DNA from: Octopus sinensis
Taxonomy: Eukaryota
Assembly: GCF_006345805.1 (NCBI RefSeq)
Contig: NC_043005.1
Location: forward strand, 96,534,001-96,598,000
Direction: 5' to 3'
Length of the DNA stretch: 64,000 bases
The first letter of the stretch is position 1. The number at the start of each line of letters is the position of its first letter. The notes under the pieces were generated by a model, which was not told the origin of the DNA, ran no database searches, and saw only the letters and a program-made list of their open reading frames with translations. Below, piece after piece: positions 27,331-40,630 of the stretch. A program made the position numbers and the translations under genes.

Positions 27331-27560
27331 AGCAACTAAGGGATAATATCTATCCAATATACTGCTGGTAGAATACCCAATTATTAATACACAAGTGTTT
27401 TTCATTGCCTGGCGATTACACTACTGAATGTAATAAATGGGTGAGGGTAAGAAGTTGTTTTACCCTTAATTTATACGGCAATAAGAAAATGGAGGGGATC
27501 AAGAGGTGGTATTCATCAACTTATAGACATTATGCTATGTCTATTTATTTATTTAGAAAA

Positions 27561-27922
27561 AAGAAAACAATTATAACAGTATACATACCAGTATAACATA
27601 TTATGCTTTACATATATAATATATAAAAATACCAGTAATTATTAAAATATATAACGTAGAGCATAGGAAGTAGGATAATATCTTACAGCTGTTTCAGCCA
27701 AGAGGCCATAGTACCCCACTCTACTTCCATCCCATTAGTGAACTGAAGTATTTGGTAGCTAAGATTAAGATACTTGGGTGTGTCTCTGGGCTTCGTCAGA
27801 GAGTTTAGAAAGTTCATAAGGTTAAATTAAAAATATAAATAATACATGCCCCAGCATGGCCACAGCTCGTGAGCTGAAACTAGATAAAATAAAAAAATAT
27901 ACACACTTTTACATATACATAC

Positions 27923-27954
<32 letters not shown>

Positions 27955-27989
27955 TAATAATAATGATAATGATGATGATGATGATGATG

Positions 27990-28054
<65 letters not shown>

Positions 28055-28340
28055 TGATTCCTTTGTATGCATATACATTTACATATACATACACGTATAA
28101 AAATTATATATGTGTTTACGTATATTCATGTATATGTATATGTAAAAGTGTATATATATGTATGTATTTATAACTTAACCGTATGAACTTTTAATTATTT
28201 TTAAATTTAATTATTATTATCCTTCTTTCTATGCTCTACGTTATATATTTTAATAATTACTAGTATTTTTATATATTATATATGTAAAGCATAATGTGTT
28301 ATACATGTATGTATATTGTTATATTGTTATAATTGTTTTT
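27561..28340. mobile_element. AT-rich fold-back element (Penelope pseudo-LTR-like) with internal HHR; interrupted by a SINE tail and (TAA)n
   Basis: Arms 27561-27680 and about 28215-28340 are roughly 90% reverse-complementary by eye. Confidence 0.7.
27681..27802 (-). ncRNA. Minimal type I hammerhead ribozyme motif, canonical core
   Basis: UCU-CUGACGA-AGCC(C)AGAG...CUCU(U)GGCU-GAA-ACAGCUGU-A-AGA. Stem I 3 bp, palindromic stem III, GUA cleavage triplet. Confidence 0.75.
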
Positions 28341-28520
28341 TTTTAATAAATAAATACACATAATATAATGTCTAAAGTAAAGAGGGAGATAAGTTGAATA
28401 TTAATTTAATTAATATCAATTTAAAACCAGTAGCATAGCATACAAAAATCTGAAAAATCAGAGAAAATTCTAATACATGTGTATATTTAAAGAGCTGAAA
28501 AACCACTATGTGGTCAGCCA

Positions 28521-28854
28521 TATGCTAGACGTAGATCACCTACGATCAAACTACAAAGAAAAGAACGTTCTCTATAGAAAAATTCAGCGGTAACCAGAAC
28601 AATATGCGGGCAAGACAGATGAAAATTATATAAAAAACAAGAATTAAACGCAGACCGGCGGTTTCGCCTATCAACGAATGAATCACTTACGTAATCCCTC
28701 GTCCGTAGGGCTCCTCAGTGCGATCGTTTCACAAGTAATATAATTTGTAAAACTAACCACCAGTTTTCCGTATCAAAATTCCTATATCTGAATTTTTCTC
28801 TAGAGAACATTCTTTTCTTTGTAGTTTGATCGTAGGTGATCTACTTCTGGCATA
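28521..28854. mobile_element. Small element with 67-bp inverted repeats (63/67 matches) enclosing an HHR
   Basis: Arms 28521-28587 and 28788-28854. Confidence 0.85.
28649..28722 (-). ncRNA. Minimal type I hammerhead ribozyme motif, canonical core
   Basis: CGCA-CUGAGGA-GCC[40 nt]GGC-GAA-ACCG-C-CGGU-C-UGCG. Stem I 4 bp, G10.1-C11.1 pair, GUC triplet. Confidence 0.85.
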
Positions 28855-28925
28855 TACATACATATATATATATATATATACATATATATACATACATATA
28901 TATATACATACATATATATATATAT

Positions 28926-28956
<31 letters not shown>

Positions 28957-28964
28957 CATACATA

Positions 28965-29014
<50 letters not shown>

Positions 29015-29054
29015 GTATATGTATGTTTATCTAACTAACTAACTAACTAACTAT

Positions 29055-29098
<44 letters not shown>

Positions 29099-29789
29099 CT
29101 ATAACTATACATACATGGATATCATTTTTACATTCACCGCCCTCTTGTTCTAATTCATTTTCTCCACTTCGCACCACCTTCTCCACCAACTTTACTGTGT
29201 GCTGCAACGACGACCAGACATTGTGATCTGTAAACGATTACGACATTCACGGATGCTGGAATAAAAATTATTATCATTATTTATTGTTCTTTAAAAACTG
29301 GTTGAAGTACATTGCTATAATTAACTAAGTTATTCAGTAGGCAGCAGTATGGCTCCACTGAGCAATTATTGGTTACGAAAAAGCTTCTTCAGAAAATGCA
29401 GAAGGTTCGTTGAGAATAATGGCTTAGATAGAGATAGCAGGAAGTGTTTTAAGAAATGGTAGGACTGGCAAGGAAAAAACAACGAAGAATGAAAAAAGAA
29501 TTACAGTGAGGTAATAACAAAATGATAATGATAATACCACCACCACCACCACCACCACCACCACCACCACCACAACCACACCACCACCACACCACCAAAC
29601 AATAATGATGATGATGATGATGATGATGATGATAAAGAAATATAGCACGAAACAAAAAGAAAATAATTTCACAAAAATAGCTGGAAATAAACAAATGTGT
29701 ACAACAAAAATCAAATATGGCCGAGATTGATGATATTTTTGTTATAATTGCAACCGTTGTTGTTGCTGCTGCTGGCGATGATGTTGATT

Positions 29790-29823
<34 letters not shown>

Positions 29824-30268
29824 CGAGGAAGAAGAAGACAAGAGAAATTTAAAACACTGCGTAGTATAATGATTCTAAACGAACAAAAGAATAACAAAAA
29901 TTGTTAGTGCAGCAGCAGAAGAAACAGAAAACAGAAAAAACGGAAGAGGATGATGATGATGATGATGATGATGATGGTAAAATGAAGAAGGAGGAGGAGG
30001 AGAAGAAGAAGAAGAAGAAGAAGAAGAAGAAGAAGAAGAAGAAGAAGAAGAAGAAGAAGAAGGAAGATGGCTACCTATTCTTAAAGTGGAATGCATTTCT
30101 GATTCCCCATAGAAGATAAATAGTATGTCTTTCTCCCCTCTTTTTCTCTCCCTCTCTTTCTCTCTCTCCCCTTCACACACACACACACACACATATAATA
30201 TATATACATATAAATATGCATGTATGCATGTATGAATGTATATATATATGTATGAATGTATGGATGTA

Positions 30269-30326
<58 letters not shown>

Positions 30327-30344
30327 TGTTTATATATATATGTA

Positions 30345-30396
<52 letters not shown>

Positions 30397-30507
30397 TATA
30401 CATACATACATACATACATACATACATACTACATACATACATACTACATACATACATACATATACATACATACATATATATATATATATATTATATATTA
30501 TATATAT

Positions 30508-30544
<37 letters not shown>

Positions 30545-31499
30545 GTATAGGATACATTTTAAGACTCAATGCAAGACATCAGAATGGAAATATCAATATT
30601 CGTAAAAGACATGGTGAAAAACATTGAAAGAATTTGGTGCTAAATCACACGCTCAGGTTTTTTTATACATATAAAAGATGGTGTACAATCTGTAAATTAG
30701 GATACGAAGATCAGGTCCGGTTAAAGGTAAATGAAAGTAAATAATAGCTACACACACACACACACATGCTCACATATGCATGCGCATATAATACATATTC
30801 TTGTTGAGCTTGATACGTTGTTGAAATTCTTCAGGCAGTTGAGGAAGAGATTCTCTGTTTTATGTATCTATTTCCTAGTTGGTTCTATTTATGAGGTTAG
30901 TATAATTCTGAATTATACTATACCTAAACAATGTGTTCCTTGTCTGAAGATAAATCAGCAGCTCACTAGAAATATCCCGAAGCCCATCCAAAGCACTGGA
31001 ATATTTCAACTCCCCAGTGAATCATACTTCTCCAAAATAGGAGTATGACAAGAAACGATAACGACTCTGACAACTGAGATAAATAGATAGAAATTAAAGC
31101 CTTACAAAATATATAATAAATCATCTCGCGTATTTCTAAGGTTAGGTAAGAGGTGTGACTTTGTAAATTTCCGAAATAAAACAAATGCGTTGCATATATG
31201 TGTACATGTGTGTGTGCATGCGTATGTGCGTCAAACTTCAGTGAAACCGGAGATAGAAAACTCAAAGTGAGACAGTTTTAGTAAGAACTGAAATGGCAAA
31301 GTTAGCAATAGATAAAATGTCCACCACAGTCAGGGAAACATCTATCTAATGACCTCGATTAATACTTACTGAGTATTAATTGAAACATCTGTAAAGGATG
31401 ATGACTAATTTGCTGTTAATAATAAACAATTGATAACTTCTCAATCTTCATTTTCTTGTAATTCCGTTATATGAATAAAAACTACATGCTTATATATAT

Positions 31500-33400
31500 A
31501 TATATATATATATATACCTATCATTTTAAGGAAATGAATTCCTCTAAAATACTAGGTACTGAACTAGTATTTCCTAAACCATCCCTTCATGAGGTTAGTA
31601 CAACCTCAAATCGAAGTATATATATATAGTATATATAACATCCGCTACAGACGAGTTGAAAGGGAGTACACTACTTAAGTGAGAATGGTGCTCATAGTAG
31701 CTACAGAAGGGAGTCTATAAAGTTCTTACCGATTCTCGCATATTCCTATAATAAATAGAAACGTCCAGGAAGCCCTTATGCATTTGCAAATGACTCCAAC
31801 TCTATTCAAACAATGTGAGTGTTCGATATATCCATATGCTACGAGGTATTTAGGATCAAACTGTTCGGAGAGTTATTCTTCACCAGAGAATAATAAAGAA
31901 GTATGTGGTGCTGTCATAGGCTGAGGGCATGTAGAAAACACCTTCAACTGTATTTTGTTGTTTTAATGATAAAAAAAAAAGCAATGGGTACCTGTATTTA
32001 TTTATTTTTTCCGAAATCCAAAGAATATTGGAACTATGAGTCCAGTCCTTGTAGTTTCAGCAGCAGATGAGATATAAATATCCGCGACTATCCCTTTTCT
32101 TCTCTTCAAGTGTAATGCTGACAGGCGTCAGCTATGACTGACTTCTATAGAATGAGAATTCGTGATTTTTGTAAGGAAAGATACCGTAGGGGTTTTTCTA
32201 AGACTTATTTACAGTTTACTCTGTTAGTCTTGTTCTCTCAGGCTTACCCTTGACGCACTGCGATTGGAATTGGTTAATGTTACATCAGGTATGACACATA
32301 TTTAGGAGCTAGCCTTCTTGCGATTCTGGTATGCATTAACCAGCACCATCTTCTGTTATTTGACCCGTAACTGGGGATCTTGACAGACACTACCACCCAG
32401 GACAAGGGAGAACTTGGTATTAATAGAGATAAAATAGTAATTCCGTACACCTCAAAACTCCTGAATTCAGCCTTAACAGCTGATGAAGTGTAACGACTTG
32501 TCCAGGTTTTTCTACAAGATGATTTTGAACTTGATATTGAAAGCTAGCTTTCATTCTAAATTGCTGCCATTGCCGCATATATTGTGATTTATATACCATT
32601 GCGGAAATAGCATGAGTAAAGGTTTAAGAAACTTTCTTCCTAATTACAAGGTCCAGTGTTTGACACAATGTGTAGTATCTTGGGAATGCAGCTTTTACTA
32701 TTGCTTCGGGTCAATCGAAGCCTTGTGAATGAAAATAGGCTGAAGGATGCTGTGCGGAAGCCAAGCGGCTGGATTGCACCAGTAATTTAAAGGTACAACC
32801 TTGTTACAAACTATCATACTGATTCTGCCTGAGTATTACGTTAAGGATGCATTTGTCTGCGAAATACTGCTGCACCCAAACGCTAATTCAATGGGAAGGT
32901 GATTCAGATGATCGACTGACCGAATTCTCATCGTCGAAACCAATGACATTTAATTTTCTTTCATCTTTTCACTTTACTTTTCACACCAGATTGTGGAGGC
33001 TACTTATAGTAAGGCTAACTTGGTTGTTGGTAGCCAAATCAAAAGTCAACCTCTTTGTACGTTGTCAAGTATGTTATGACGGTCGTCTGCGCTCGTCCAG
33101 TATTAGCGGTAGACATTAAACAACAGATTCTTTTGTGCAAATGATAATCAAAGAATGAAGTTAATATTCATTGAAAGATTGTTTTTGCGTTTATGGTCAG
33201 ACCTGGTAGTGGCCATCCAAATATTCTAACGACAATCATTGTATACCTCTGGTCTCGTAGCTCCGGAGTGTCCCGATCAAACAGTCCTAAGAGGTTTTAT
33301 AAACCTACTTGGTTGTTGCTTAGTCCCAAGCATCTCTAACACAAATAGATATATGACAGATAATGTATAGTCTCTGTCATCCCTAATCAAACAATCCTAA
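31500..33400 (-). mobile_element. Probable DIRS-like (tyrosine-recombinase) retrotransposon fossil
   Basis: Decayed minus-strand peptides in DIRS order: TTVITYL (vs TTVVAYI, RNase H), IWCEK (vs LWCER), LRYLSLQK..KSVI, then FLHALS...FDPKYL (YR-like). Heavily degraded. Confidence 0.45.
32242..32288 (+). CDS. Weak candidate exon (LTLDALRLELVNVTS)
   Basis: Good acceptor tgttctctcag and donor CAG|gtatga, but it lies antisense within the putative DIRS fossil. Confidence 0.2.
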
Positions 33401-34244
33401 GTAGTTTGATAATAATCAATATTTGTCATTGGGTCAGACTGACCAACTCATTATTTCATGATTCATCTCGTTTCTTCTTTTCCTTGTATCTCCATAGAAC
33501 TTGCATTGTTAATATATGTCAGCGTCTGCCCCTCTCCTTAACCTTGTTCTTTCATTTTCGCTATGCCTCTATTTATTTCTCACGACTGATCTTCATCTTC
33601 ATCTTTTTCTCCGTGTCTGTTCAACTCTATTTGTTCCCTCTCTTCCTATGTTACTCCCATTCTCTATATACGTGTGTATGTATGTAAGTGGGTAAAAATG
33701 TAGGCACACTTGTACACACACATATATAAGATAGTCACCCACCCGCTATATATATGCACATACAAACTTACATTATACACACATATATATATATAGAAGT
33801 GTGTGTGTCTACTCGAAATAAAAGAAAATTTTGATGTTGGCGGTGCAGGTCTTGCGATCAATACACGAGGCAGGTGTTTTAATGAGGGTAGATAATATTT
33901 GGCGCACCCAACCATTTTCCCATTCCATGATACTCTCACGTCGGTTACCATAAATAAGACAGTCAGACATACAGATTGAACTTAAATGAAGATGGCCGCT
34001 TAGCTTAGTTACAATCGGTCGTGTGCTCTTTGGAACGTTGTGTACGTACGGGACTGTTTGTAAGCTCAGCGGAGTATGTAGAGAGTTGTTGCCGAAAGAA
34101 TGGTGGATATACCATACATACATTCACACATACATACGCACGCCACGCACATGTTTATGTGTATGTGTGTACATATACATACATATGTATGTATTTATAT
34201 ATGCATATATATATATATGCATGTGTGTGTGCATCATGCATATG

Positions 34245-34292
<48 letters not shown>

Positions 34293-34777
34293 TAGATATA
34301 TAGACATGCTTATATGTTCGTGTGAGTGTGTGTGAGTGAATGCGTGTGTGTAAGTGTGTGTGTGCTTGTTTGTGGATGGGTGGTTGCTCGTGTGTTGTAT
34401 GTTTGCACGCACATGTAGACATGTCTATGATTGTTAAGAGGTTTTTATGTTAGTGAAGGTCTACTCGCATATATACGATAACTGCCACATATTCATGCAT
34501 ACACACACATACATACACACACACACTCACAAACGCACACGCATACACATATAGGCGCGCACACACACACACACACACCAACAAACACATATATGCAATT
34601 AGTTTTAGTAACTTTATATAGTTTCTATAAATAAAGAGAAGAATGCTAAATTTTTCGCAGACGTCTTCAGATGCTACTGTATCCTCTGAAGTTTATCTCC
34701 ACAGATTTCGTATAGAGTTCAGAGCCATCACTGAAAGTTACTATGCCCCAACGGATGTGAATGTGTGTGTGTGTGTG

Positions 34778-34823
<46 letters not shown>

Positions 34824-34950
34824 ATAGTGTGCATATCTTCATGTGCATCTTAAATATGCGAAACTGTATGTATGTATGCATATAGCAATAGATGAGTATG
34901 CAGGTTTTATACATACATACATACATACATACATACATACATACATACAT

Positions 34951-35012
<62 letters not shown>

Positions 35013-35172
35013 ATATATATGTATATATATATATATATTTTTTTTCTAGTTTCAGCTCAGAGCTGCGGCCATGTATTTATATTGCGTATGTATGTATAAA
35101 TATATATAAATATGCATACATATATATATATGTATTTATATTGTGTATGTATGTATAACTATATATAAATAT

Positions 35173-35245
<73 letters not shown>

Positions 35246-35280
35246 TGTATATATATAAGTTCTAATATATATATATATAT

Positions 35281-36482
35281 ATATTAGTGTGGATGCATAT
35301 AATTGCGCAAACACATACGCTGGGAGTATGTATGTAAAATTAACATATGAATGCATATATGTGTGTATATAAATATACGTCAGCGTATGCATATGCGTGC
35401 GTGTGCATGACTGCGTGTGCGCGCATGCAGTTAATTTTGTATGCACGTAAAAGTTGCATCTTGATCGATGAGCATTTGCATATGTGTGAGTGCATTTATG
35501 TATGCAACTGGATGTACGCATTTACTTAGATGCATATATATGTGCATAGATGTTGATGTCTGAAATCGTTTGGTACTTGATATACTTATTAGTATATATG
35601 TGTATGAGTGTATGTGTGTGTGTGTGAGTGTTTCTGTGTGTGTATGTGTATGTACGGTGTACTGAGATACATTTGCATAGATGTATAGATGCAATAGTGT
35701 CCAGGATGCAACAAGATGTACACACTTCCGATTATTTCGCACTTACTTTGAAGACCTCAACTTCATAGTAAACGACATCATAGTAAACTATGGAAGCTCG
35801 CTTCCGGTCTGTTGTACAAGAGAACTGTAGGCATATATTGACAAAGCTACTTATTATATCCATATATATATATATATCTATATATATATATATATAATAT
35901 ATATATTAGTGTGGATGCATATAATTGCGCAAACACATACGCTGGGAAGTATGTATGTAAAATTAACATATGAATGCATATATGTGTGTATATAAATATA
36001 CGTCAGCGTATGCATATGCGTGCGTGTGCATGACTGCGTGTGCGCGCATGCAGTTAATTTTGTATGCACGTAAAAGTTGCATCTTGATCGATGAGCATTT
36101 GCATATGTGTGAGTGCATTTATGTATGCAACTGGATGTACGCATTTACTTAGATGCATATATATGTGCATAGATGTTGATGTCTGAAATCGTTTGGTACT
36201 TGATATACTTATTAGTATATATGTGTATGAGTGTATGTGTGTGTGTGTGAGTGTTTCTGTGTGTGTATGTGTATGTACGGTGTACTGAGATACATTTGCA
36301 TAGATGTATAGATGCAATAGTGTCCAGGATGCAACAAGATGTACACACTTCCGATTATTTCGCACTTACTTTGAAGACCTCAACTTCATAGTAAACGACA
36401 TCATAGTAAACTATGGAAGCTCGCTTCCGGTCTGTTGTACAAGAGAACTGTAGGCATATATTGACAAAGCTACTTATTATAT

Positions 36483-36484
<2 letters not shown>
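35281..36484. repeat. Near-identical tandem duplication of a ~580-bp unit (period ~622 bp) bounded by (TA)n
   Basis: 35281-35862 vs 35903-36484. The ORF track lists identical peptides twice. Confidence 0.95.
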
Positions 36485-36547
<63 letters not shown>

Positions 36548-36889
36548 CGATTTATGCATCTATACCATACATACATTCACACATACATACGCATGCAGAT
36601 GTTATGTGTATGTGTGTATATATACATACATATGTATGTATTTATATATATACACACACACACACACACATATATATATGCATGTGTGTGCATGTGTGTG
36701 CAACATGCATATGTTTTTATATATATATATATATATGCACACATAGATATATAGACATGCTTATATATATCATATGTATACATACGTATGCATATATATA
36801 TATATACGTGTGTGTATGTATGTATGTATGTATGTATGTATGTATGTATGTATGTATGTATGTATGTATATATATATAATATATATATA

Positions 36890-36939
<50 letters not shown>

Positions 36940-37094
36940 TGTCTTATGCATGATTAGTTATAGTAGCTTTACATAATTGTGTAAACAAGGAATGAAAAGA
37001 CTACTCTCTCTTTGCGTTAGGAATTCAAGAATTTTAACGCTAACACATTACCACATCAAGTTTCCTAGGTTGCACATTTGGATAAATCTACACA

Positions 37095-37186
<92 letters not shown>

Positions 37187-38754
37187 GTCATACACACAAG
37201 CACAACGTTTGTTCTGTTTTCCATAGAATACAATCAAAGGTAATGTTTTCACATATTTCACGGCAATAAGCGAACTAAATTTAAAATTTAAAATATATGG
37301 AAATAATGCTGCTTGTTGACATCGTTGTGGGTTTCTTTGCCGTTGTTGTCAAATAATTTTAAATATGTAATTACCCAAAGACATATTGGTATTTAACTAA
37401 ATACCTTTGATCATGCAAAACTTTCAACATTGAAAGAGACACCATTTTATGGTGTTATAAATATGTATGTCACCGAAATCTCTGCAACTAACACAGACAC
37501 GTGAATCGCGCAGGTTGTATCTTTATTATTTTAAACATTATTAAGCTGATGAGAGATACATATCTTCAGTGGCTAGAACGCCAGTCTGTCTCAGATATCC
37601 CTAGAAAAATTTTGATCTTTATAATCTGACTGCTAAGTGAACAGAAGGCTATAGAATTAACTGTCTAGATTTGTGGTTAACGCAGTGTATATATCAGCGT
37701 GTATGAATGTACGTGTGAAACGTATATGCATATATCTGTCTCTGCATTATGTGTGTATGTATATGTGATGAATTGCTGAGGTGATTCTGCACTGTAGGTG
37801 CTTGATATGTTAGCACTCACACATACATACATACATACATACAACATACATACATACATACATATATACATACATACATACATACATACATACATACATA
37901 CATACATACATACATACATACGTGCATGCATGCATTTGTGCATGCATACATACATATATACATATATACATACATGCAAGCACACATTCATATATAAATA
38001 CATATATATAAATACATTCATATATAAATACATATATTCATACATACATAAATGCGCGCATATATACATATACACATACATATATACAACATAACCTGTT
38101 GCAGTTTCGAACTCATATATACTTACATACATACATTCATACACTAATACATACATGCACATATACTTACACGCACACATACACGCATCCATATATTCAT
38201 ACGTACGTACACAACCTTCTGCGGTTTCGAACTCAACACCGAGAAGTTGGCAGCCAAATACGTTACCCCCCTACACTATTTCCTCTTTACCGTCGTTCAC
38301 TAACTGTAATTATCATGTGAATTACTGTTTCAACAGTCCAAACAGTTTTTCTACATCATTAATAAAATATAATCCCTGTTAGAGACTACAAACTGGTTCT
38401 CCTCTGTTAATCAGCATCACAAGTGTTTGATCGATTGCCTGACATTATAGTTTCCTTTCATTAAACACAACCGTTTGGCAACTTTCCAAACCTGTCTCTT
38501 TGCTCTGTTTCATACTTAGCTGCGGGTGAGACTCTCTCTGACTTCCCATGCTGAATGAAACTCTCCGCCCGCATTTTTTGCTGCCCGTGTACGACTTGAT
38601 CCATTAACAAATCATAAAGACTTTCTCCCCCCCCCCTCTCTCTCTCTTTCGCAGACATACACCTCTCTCTTTCTCTGTCCTTGTCTGTCTATATCTCATT
38701 CTTTCACACGCGAATACATCTTTCTTTCTCTTTCTTTTTCAAACACTTGCACCG

Positions 38755-38980
38755 GCGAGCTGGCAGAACCGTTAGCACGTCGGGCGAAATGCGTAGCCGT
38801 ATTTCGTCTGCCGTTACGTTCTGAGTTCAAATTCCGCCGAGGTCGACTTTGCCTTTCATCCTTTCGGAATCGATAAATTAAGTACCAGTTACGCACTGGG
38901 GTCGATGTAATCGACTTAATTCGTTTGTCTGTCCTTGTCTGTCCCCTCTACGTTTAGCCCCTTGTGGGTAATAAAGAAAC
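38755..38980 (+). mobile_element. SINE family A
   Basis: Near-consensus match. Confidence 0.9.
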
Positions 38981-39389
38981 ATATCTTTCACAGAAACATA
39001 CATCTCTCTCTCTCTCTCTCTCTCTTTCATTCCCATACACATCTATCTTGTCCTCTCTCTATCACATGTGCGCATTCACACACACGCACATGCTTATAAA
39101 TATACATAGCTATGTCCACTTCGAGCAACAGGACAGTGATTGACCAAATTCTAGATTGCTTCTATTTTTTAGAGAAATATTGATCAAATATGAAATCATT
39201 ATTAACAATTCATTCCAAAATATTGGCCTCAAATTTTTGGTGTTAGTCCACCAATTTCGTGGGAAGGGGCCAGTTGATTATATTGACCCCGAAAGGATGA
39301 ATGGTAAAGTCGACCTCGGTGGAAATTCATACCAAAATATTAACAAAATTCTGTACAGGAGTGGTATTAAAAGATAAGATAATGTGATT

Positions 39390-39545
39390 TGATGCATGGC
39401 TTAGTGGTTAGGGTATTCGGTTCACGACTATAAGGTCATGAGTTCGATCCCTGACAGAGCATTGTGTCCTTGAGTGTGACACTTTATTTCACGTTGCTCC
39501 CAGTCTGACCAGCTGGCAGAAATAAGTAGTACCAGTATTTCAAAG
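39390..39545 (+). mobile_element. CORE-type SINE 5' part (family B-like)
   Basis: ggcttagtggttagggtattcggttcacgac...gagttcgatccc...tgtgtccttgagtgtgacactttatttcacgttgctcc. Confidence 0.75.
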
Positions 39546-39589
39546 AGCTGGTACTACCCAGATTCTACGTACGCCAATCCGTCACTAGG

Positions 39590-39720
39590 TTACTCGTGTA
39601 CAACTGAAGTGTTTTGCTCAAAAACACATCGCACAGCCGGTCTGAGAATTGCAACCAGGATCTTGCGATCGTCAGTGCAACACCCTAATCCCCACGCCAC
39701 GCACCATCAACTAGCATGCG
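39590..39720 (-). mobile_element. CORE-type SINE head, reverse orientation
   Basis: tgctcaaaaacacatcgcacagccggtctgagaattgcaacc...gcgatcgtcagtgcaacaccctaa. Confidence 0.6.
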
Positions 39721-39727
39721 TCTATCA

Positions 39728-39900
39728 CAGTGCTCCGCAATCTTTTCTCACTTGCGGTACACTTATATTATATTTAAAATTCGGCTAAAAATATAACTAA
39801 AAGTATAAGGAAAAAATTTATATTCAGGATACACTGCGGCACACCTAACATCGTCTTGTGACGCACCAGTGCGCCACGACATAACGGTTGCGAAGCACTG
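39728..39900. mobile_element. hAT/Charlie-type MITE with 8-bp TSD
   Basis: Termini cagtgctccgcaa / ttgcgaagcactg. Flanks gtctatca / gtttatca (7 of 8 match). Confidence 0.8.
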
Positions 39901-40630
39901 GTTTATCATATCCAGCGGCGTCCAGGTAGAGAACACTCTCGCTATGGTTTAGCTGTGCCCTGAAGTATCATACTGAAACACTAGAAGCAGTTCATCGAAA
40001 TGGGACAATACGTCACTTTTCGTGATGTAATACACTAAGCAAGATAGACTGTTATGTACATGGTATTAACTGTGGGGTTGACAAAGAGCGTAGCTGTGTT
40101 TCAGTGGCTCCTAATGTGGACGTGCTATCGTAGACATCCAGTAAATCAACATGTCAGGCTGAATGAACGATAAAATGCTGCTTGTTTCTTCTTTACAATT
40201 GATGCCAGTGTGTGTCCAGTAGAGATACATTTACCAGCTGCTCTGCTACGAGAAGGAACGGCTCTGAATGTCGGTCGTTCACATACAACCTGGTTTCCTT
40301 GAAGTCATTTTTTCGCATTCCCAAACATGCTCAAACATACATAAGCATACCTCCATACTTCCATATACATTTCTCAGTGTGTGTATGCCTATATTTATGA
40401 ATATGTGTGCATGTGAGTGTGCATGTGTGTAAAGAGATATATAGATACACACATACGCACAAATATATATATATATAATATATATATATATAATATATAT
40501 ATATATATACATATTACATACATATTCACAGATACGTATAAACATCTATAAGAATAAGATATATATATATATATATATATATATAACATATAATATTATA
40601 ATATATATATATAATATATGTGCGTGTATA

